DNA of 64,000 nt. Source: Thermoproteota archaeon. Its GTDB lineage: Archaea; Thermoproteota; Thermoprotei_A; EX4484-217-1; JAPDJV01. Shown piece after piece: positions 59,279 to 64,000 of this stretch (within the stretch, counting starts at the first letter, position 1; each line of letters opens with the position of its first letter). The position numbers were made by a program, and so were the translations under genes. The stretch is from the NCBI GenBank assembly GCA_029258925.1, contig JAPDJV010000003.1:22895-86894 (forward strand), in the 5' to 3' direction. The notes under the pieces were generated by a model that did not search any database, had not been told where the DNA came from, and worked only from the letters and a program-made list of their open reading frames with translations.

Positions 59279-61144
59279 TTAGTACTCCCTCCACGAAATA
59301 GACATTAGTATTGAACTGTTTGCACATACTTTAATGTATAGTAAGTTCCTTTCTTGACTGTAGTACCAGCAGTTTTCCCTTGAGGAAATGTATTCATCGA
59401 TGTTCCGAGCAGGGTTATCGTAGAGTCTTCCACTTATTGAAACCTGTTCTGGCTCACCGTAGTCCCCTGGGTCCACAACTACTTCCACTAAACCTTTATT
59501 CAGGGAGTTAATGGTTATGTTCAAAACTTTCCCGGAGAGCTTTGTGAACGATATGTATTGTTCTAGGTTGAAAGTATATGTTTTCAAGTATACCCATACG
59601 GGGCCTATTCTCTTGAAGTGTGTTCTATTTAGTATTGCTGCCGCTATGAACATTGGTGTTCCACGAGTATATTCTAGAAACAACGTCTTCGATATTGATG
59701 ATACTAGTTCGCGATCGCTCAAATTGTAGTGTGGTTCAGCATAGTATATTCTGCCCACGTAGCCGTATGGTGCAACTTCCTCGTTTCTGAAGAAGTACTT
59801 CATGTTCCCAAATACCCCGAGCAACCAGTTCAAGTACTCCTCGTTTCCGAGGAAAACGTATAGTATGCTGTAGGGGTTTACGTGGGCTGTGAAGGGTGTC
59901 ATACCATAGCTTGAAGTATATTTCTCGTTGTTTGTTGTAAGAGTGTCTGTTATGTAGACGATTTTATTGTTTATTACCGCCCTCAAATATTTGTGCACTG
60001 TGTCGTACTGTTTAATGATCTTCTTCAAGTGTTCCACGTTTCCAACTATCAGCGTTGAAGTTAAGTGGCCTAGCAACCCCTCGATTATGTGCGTCCACCA
60101 AAGCCAATCATTCCTCTTCCTCCCATTAACATCAATATTATAGTATCTCCCCATAGTATTGTTCCAAGCATGCTCTTGGTATGTTTCAACTAGACTTGCC
60201 ATAATTTCCCGCAGCGTACTATTATTGTTCGCTAAGTAAGTTATGGATACTCCTGAGAGGAATAATCCTGTGTGCCCGTAGAGAGACCTATTACTCCAAG
60301 GATTAACGTTTTTCCTACCACTAGAGTTTACACCGTCTGCCAGTAATCCTGTTTCAGGGTCTCTAGCGTAATTATAGTAGTTTACGAGCATTTCCTCAGC
60401 CCACTCGACATAAGTCTTGTTGCCTGAAACCATGTATAGTTCCGAAAGCGCTCTTGCAAGAGGACCTATAGTCCAAGTAGCACACCAGTCCCCGCCTCGA
60501 GGAATACTCCCATCGGGATAGACGCTGTAGTATGTTAGCCAAGTGCTCTTATTCAAGCAATAATTGTAAACTGCATCCGCGAACCGTTGAGCCCACTTCA
60601 AGTACGTGCTGTTACCTGTTAGAGTGTGGATAAGAGTGTATACTCCTATCATTTGAACTTGGTCAACAAACAAAGTGTTCACAAAGCTCTCCTTCACAGT
60701 ATCCGATGTAACATTGTATGCTTCAGCAATGAAAGTAGTCTTATTAACAGCTCTATTATAGAAGGATGCTAACGCCTCTTCAGCCCACTTCAAATAAGTC
60801 TCGTTCCCGGTTAAGCAGTATACTAGTGCGTAAAGGTTTGAAACCCTACACACTATAGATGGCTGCACGATACTGCTTAAGAGACTTCCATCAGAAACAT
60901 TGTATTCCACGGGAATACTAGTATTCTCCCTCCCATAAACGTCTGAGCCGTGCAAACGGTACTGTATAGCCATCCACTCCAACTCCCCAACAACGTCCCC
61001 GAGGATGAAAACCTTCTCTAAGTAAACATGCTCACCTACGTGAACAAATCTTCCTGAGGATAGGAGAGAAGGTAAGAGAACTATTGCTATGAACAGTATT
61101 CCAAGAACGTTCCTCCAAGCAACGCTAGTATTTGACTTAGCCAA
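59279..61144 (-). CDS. Secreted/anchored (alpha/alpha)6-barrel glycoside hydrolase-like protein (GH76/AGE-like)
   Basis: N-terminal TM; repeated TGNxTYLxWA helices; C-terminal WYY..ERNLLYIKV beta module. Confidence 0.65.
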   Translation of the reverse strand: MAKSNTSVAWRNVLGILFIAIVLLPSLLSSGRFVHVGEHVYLEKVFILGDVVGELEWMAIQYRLHGSDVYGRENTSIPVEYNVSDGSLLSSIVQPSIVCRVSNLYALVYCLTGNETYLKWAEEALASFYNRAVNKTTFIAEAYNVTSDTVKESFVNTLFVDQVQMIGVYTLIHTLTGNSTYLKWAQRFADAVYNYCLNKSTWLTYYSVYPDGSIPRGGDWCATWTIGPLARALSELYMVSGNKTYVEWAEEMLVNYYNYARDPETGLLADGVNSSGRKNVNPWSNRSLYGHTGLFLSGVSITYLANNNSTLREIMASLVETYQEHAWNNTMGRYYNIDVNGRKRNDWLWWTHIIEGLLGHLTSTLIVGNVEHLKKIIKQYDTVHKYLRAVINNKIVYITDTLTTNNEKYTSSYGMTPFTAHVNPYSILYVFLGNEEYLNWLLGVFGNMKYFFRNEEVAPYGYVGRIYYAEPHYNLSDRELVSSISKTLFLEYTRGTPMFIAAAILNRTHFKRIGPVWVYLKTYTFNLEQYISFTKLSGKVLNITINSLNKGLVEVVVDPGDYGEPEQVSISGRLYDNPARNIDEYISSRENCWYYSQERNLLYIKVCANSSILMSISWREY

Positions 61145-61413
61145 ACGATTTTACCTCCAATGAGCAGTGCCCGAATCGAGTATCGACAAGCGCTGTCTTC
61201 CTGAAAAACGCTTGGGAGGCAAGATCCTTCCCCTTAGCTAGGGAGTATAGAGAGGTTAGGTAATTAAAAATTTACTAGCGGACATGTTGCTGAATGTATT
61301 TAAGCAAAACTTCGGCAACCAGCCGCCCCATTATTAGGAACATATTTCGGGTGTTCTTTTATATTTGTTGTTTTATAATGGTTTAATGTGGCTACTGGTC
61401 TAGGTGGTTTGTA

Positions 61414-62484
61414 GTGGGGGAGGAAGAGGAGAGGATCACTGTTGCACCCATGCTGCTCTTCAGACTTAGAGAGATGCTCATAGACTACTTTGAGGCGTTA
61501 GCCAGTGGAATAGTTTCCACAGATTTCTATAGGAGAGAGATTGCTGGGATTAGTGTTGGCAGGATAAATGCTTCCAGTTGGAGCCCCAGTAGGGTTGTCG
61601 TTGTGGACGGCGGCAGCAACGTCGTTTCAATGAATGCTGGCTTCCTAGGCGTGTGCAGTGCTGTTGCAGTTGTTTTCGAGGGTAACAGGGTTTCAGGTAG
61701 GATTATCGGTGAACCCGAACTAGTTCCCGACTCCCCTAGAGACCTAGTAGTATTCGAAGTTCTAGACCAAGTGATGTGCGTGTTGGACAAGCTTAGGGAA
61801 GCAAAGGTTTTCGAGACAGCTCTAAGAGCGCTAGAAGAATTCGACCCGGAGCTGCTGGTAATCGACGGCCCATTGATGCCATATGGTGCACTAGCTAAAA
61901 TGCCTACTGGAACACTATACGAGAAGCATGCTTTCACCAGGTATAAGAGGAGTGTGTTGAGGTTGCTTGGGGAAGCCGAGGCTAGAGGTGTCAGCGTTAT
62001 CGGATTTGTTAAGAGGCCTAGATCAGCCTTCCTGCACCACGAGGGGGTCATCGACGAGAAAATATATGACCACATGTTTTTGACGGGGGTTCTAAGCGTG
62101 GGAGAATACTGTCCCTGCCCCCCTAGGAGGATACCTGTCTCGGAGGAGCTGATACATGACAGGGAGGTGCTGGAGCTTGCTGGAAGAACAGGTTTATCGT
62201 ATACTTTCGCTAGGTTCACCGAGGCAACTGCACCATACAGAATAGACTTCGGCCCCTTGGAGGCAGGATACGAGGATATACTATCATACTTGTACTCCAA
62301 TAGGACTAGGGAGGGTATACCGTACCATGTCATGAAGGCCGACGAGGAGACGAAGATTTCGAGGAAGCTCATGAGAGAACTATACGAGGACGCGCTTCAC
62401 GCCTACATTAAGAGAGTACTGGGGGGTGCTGGGGGAAGGGTTTCGAGTATCGTTCCAGCACTATTAAGGTATGGGGAGTGGTAG
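61414..62484 (+). CDS. nurA: NurA-family 5'-3' nuclease
   Basis: VVVVDGGS, LVIDGPL, IGFVKR, GIPY..KAD..KI. Confidence 0.88.
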   Translation: MGEEEERITVAPMLLFRLREMLIDYFEALASGIVSTDFYRREIAGISVGRINASSWSPSRVVVVDGGSNVVSMNAGFLGVCSAVAVVFEGNRVSGRIIGEPELVPDSPRDLVVFEVLDQVMCVLDKLREAKVFETALRALEEFDPELLVIDGPLMPYGALAKMPTGTLYEKHAFTRYKRSVLRLLGEAEARGVSVIGFVKRPRSAFLHHEGVIDEKIYDHMFLTGVLSVGEYCPCPPRRIPVSEELIHDREVLELAGRTGLSYTFARFTEATAPYRIDFGPLEAGYEDILSYLYSNRTREGIPYHVMKADEETKISRKLMRELYEDALHAYIKRVLGGAGGRVSSIVPALLRYGEW

Positions 62485-62487
62485 GTT

Positions 62488-64000
62488 ATGGCAGAATTCA
62501 ACCTCGTAGTGGAAGAAGTATTGGGATACGTTTTCTCCGAGGACGGAGTCTACGAGCCACATGAGATAACGTTCACCGTGGAGGAGGGTAGGAGAGTTGA
62601 GATAGGGGACATAGTTTGCATAGAACACCCCTCCAAGCCCGGTACGCCAGTATTCTACCAGGTAACGGAGGTCCCCTTGAGGAGGAAGGCTAGAGACTAC
62701 GAGGAAGACTTGGCAAGACTGGGCAGACCGATAATAGATTCTTCGAGAAACTATCCTAGAGCCAGAGCTAGGCAGATAGGCTACTACGAGGAGATCATGG
62801 AGTTCTCCGAGATCGGGGAGAAGGAGCCGTTAATGCTGATAGAACACATAATACCATTAACACCAGTATACAGGCCTAAGAGCACCATACTCGAAACACT
62901 GCTGCATCCTTCCGCGCCAAGTATAGAGCTCGGAGAAATATATCCGTCTTGGAAGCTAACCCTCAAACTAGAACTGCCAAAACTTTTGAGACAGGGACTC
63001 CTAGTTGTGGGAGGTGTTGGAACAGGTAAAACAACCACAATGCTCTCAATCCTGGTGAGTCTCGTCAGGGAAGTATTGTCTAGAGGTGGGAAACCACACA
63101 TACTGATAGTTGACAAGGATGGAGAGTACGGTGTGAAAGAACTTCTTGATGCAGTAGGTTTCGGAGAATACTATCATGTTGACGTGGATGAGGTGCGTGT
63201 TGAAAGCATTAGGGATAAGGAGAGGTATGCTAGGGAAGTGTTGAGGAGGCTGGGATACTATGATAGGAGGAGTAAGGCAGCTAAAGCACTATACAATACC
63301 ATAATGGAGCTGGAAGAGGAGGACCTGTTTCCGACACCGGACTTCATAGCCTCCAAGATAATACCTAGGATAAGAGAGCACGATGTTAGGGGAGAACTGT
63401 TAGCTAGAGCGAGCAAGTGGAAGGCTATGGAGTGGGGTAGAGTTGAGGAGGAGAAGGTTTCCATCGGTGAACTCGTGGAGAAATTGAAGTCTAAGACAAT
63501 AGTCCACGTAGACCTATCTAAGTGTAGGAACATCGATAGAGCATTCAGAACTCTGAGAGAACTCTTGGCCAGAATATATGGTGAAGTGCTGAGGGACGAG
63601 TGTTTCGGGTGCATAATAGTGGTTGACGAAGCGCACCTGTACTGTCCTGAGAGGGGAGGGATAGAGATATCTGAGGGGGTCAGAGAGCTTAAGAAGACAA
63701 TAGAGCTCATAGCCACGACGGGGCCGAGAAACGGCGTAACACTGTTCATGGCTACTCAGAGACCAAGCCTAATATCTAAAACAATAACAACCCAGCTTGG
63801 ACAAAACATTATAGCACATAAAGTGGAGGACGTCGACCTAGATAGGATAAGGGAGATAATGGGCCCTGTTGCAACGAAAATAGCCGTACTCCCAAGAGGA
63901 TGGGCTCTAGTGAAGAGCTTGGCAACCAAGATAAGGCAGCCCCTAATAGTCAGAGTGAGAGCAGTAGCGAAGCCAGCCAGCACAGGTAAAACAGCATATG
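62488..64000 (+). CDS. herA: HerA-family ATPase/helicase (3'-truncated by window edge; not in ORF track)
   Basis: ATG 62488, 3 bp after nurA stop; HAS-barrel-like N-terminus, GGVGTGKT, VDKDGEY, IVVDEAH, ATQRPS; open to the window end. Confidence 0.88.
   Translation, partial: MAEFNLVVEEVLGYVFSEDGVYEPHEITFTVEEGRRVEIGDIVCIEHPSKPGTPVFYQVTEVPLRRKARDYEEDLARLGRPIIDSSRNYPRARARQIGYYEEIMEFSEIGEKEPLMLIEHIIPLTPVYRPKSTILETLLHPSAPSIELGEIYPSWKLTLKLELPKLLRQGLLVVGGVGTGKTTTMLSILVSLVREVLSRGGKPHILIVDKDGEYGVKELLDAVGFGEYYHVDVDEVRVESIRDKERYAREVLRRLGYYDRRSKAAKALYNTIMELEEEDLFPTPDFIASKIIPRIREHDVRGELLARASKWKAMEWGRVEEEKVSIGELVEKLKSKTIVHVDLSKCRNIDRAFRTLRELLARIYGEVLRDECFGCIIVVDEAHLYCPERGGIEISEGVRELKKTIELIATTGPRNGVTLFMATQRPSLISKTITTQLGQNIIAHKVEDVDLDRIREIMGPVATKIAVLPRGWALVKSLATKIRQPLIVRVRAVAKPASTGKTAY

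Noticed and set aside
1395-63983. Many 60-280 aa ORF-track entries antisense to or nested in strong genes (e.g. 15991-16227 VVG repeat, 46155-46817, 56176-56877, 61527-62372)
   Set aside because: Shadow frames of well-supported genes: Ser/Leu/Pro-rich, no motifs or RBS
1-64000. CRISPR array, tRNA, rRNA, IS/integrase
   Set aside because: No regularly spaced repeats, cloverleaf/T-loop signatures or transposase motifs found by eye

Overview
Gene-dense chromosomal segment of a (hyper)thermophilic archaeon, most likely an anaerobic heterotrophic Thermoproteota member (Thermofilales/Desulfurococcales-like). This is inferred from AGG/AGA/ATA codon usage, GGTGA/GGAGG ribosome-binding sites and gene content (XPB-Bax1, NurA-HerA, V4R proteins, many solute-binding proteins). 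I found no rRNA, tRNA, CRISPR array, integrase or IS element. The window holds two peptide ABC-importer clusters, a D-aminoacylase, HtrA, an AAG-type glycosylase, hydantoinase/oxoprolinase AB, a DtxR-FeoA-FeoB-FeoC-like operon, GT-C glycosyltransferases, a large FG-GAP/transglutaminase surface protein, an orphan PTS Enzyme I and DNA-repair genes. The best candidate for an undescribed system is a tight four-gene operon at 24410-29293: core (folate-independent) methionine synthase + RACo-type corrinoid activator + corrinoid protein + non-pyrrolysine MttB methyltransferase. It predicts methionine synthesis directly from a methylated amine via a dedicated corrinoid carrier. Features absent from the ORF track include two box C/D guide RNAs (one with a compensatory C/D-box pair and both guides matching my recalled 23S GTPase-centre consensus), a 57-aa 7-Cys protein, a doubly frameshifted B12-radical-SAM gene, and edge-truncated rlmI-like and herA genes. 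All calls come from motif recognition by eye; no database searches were run.
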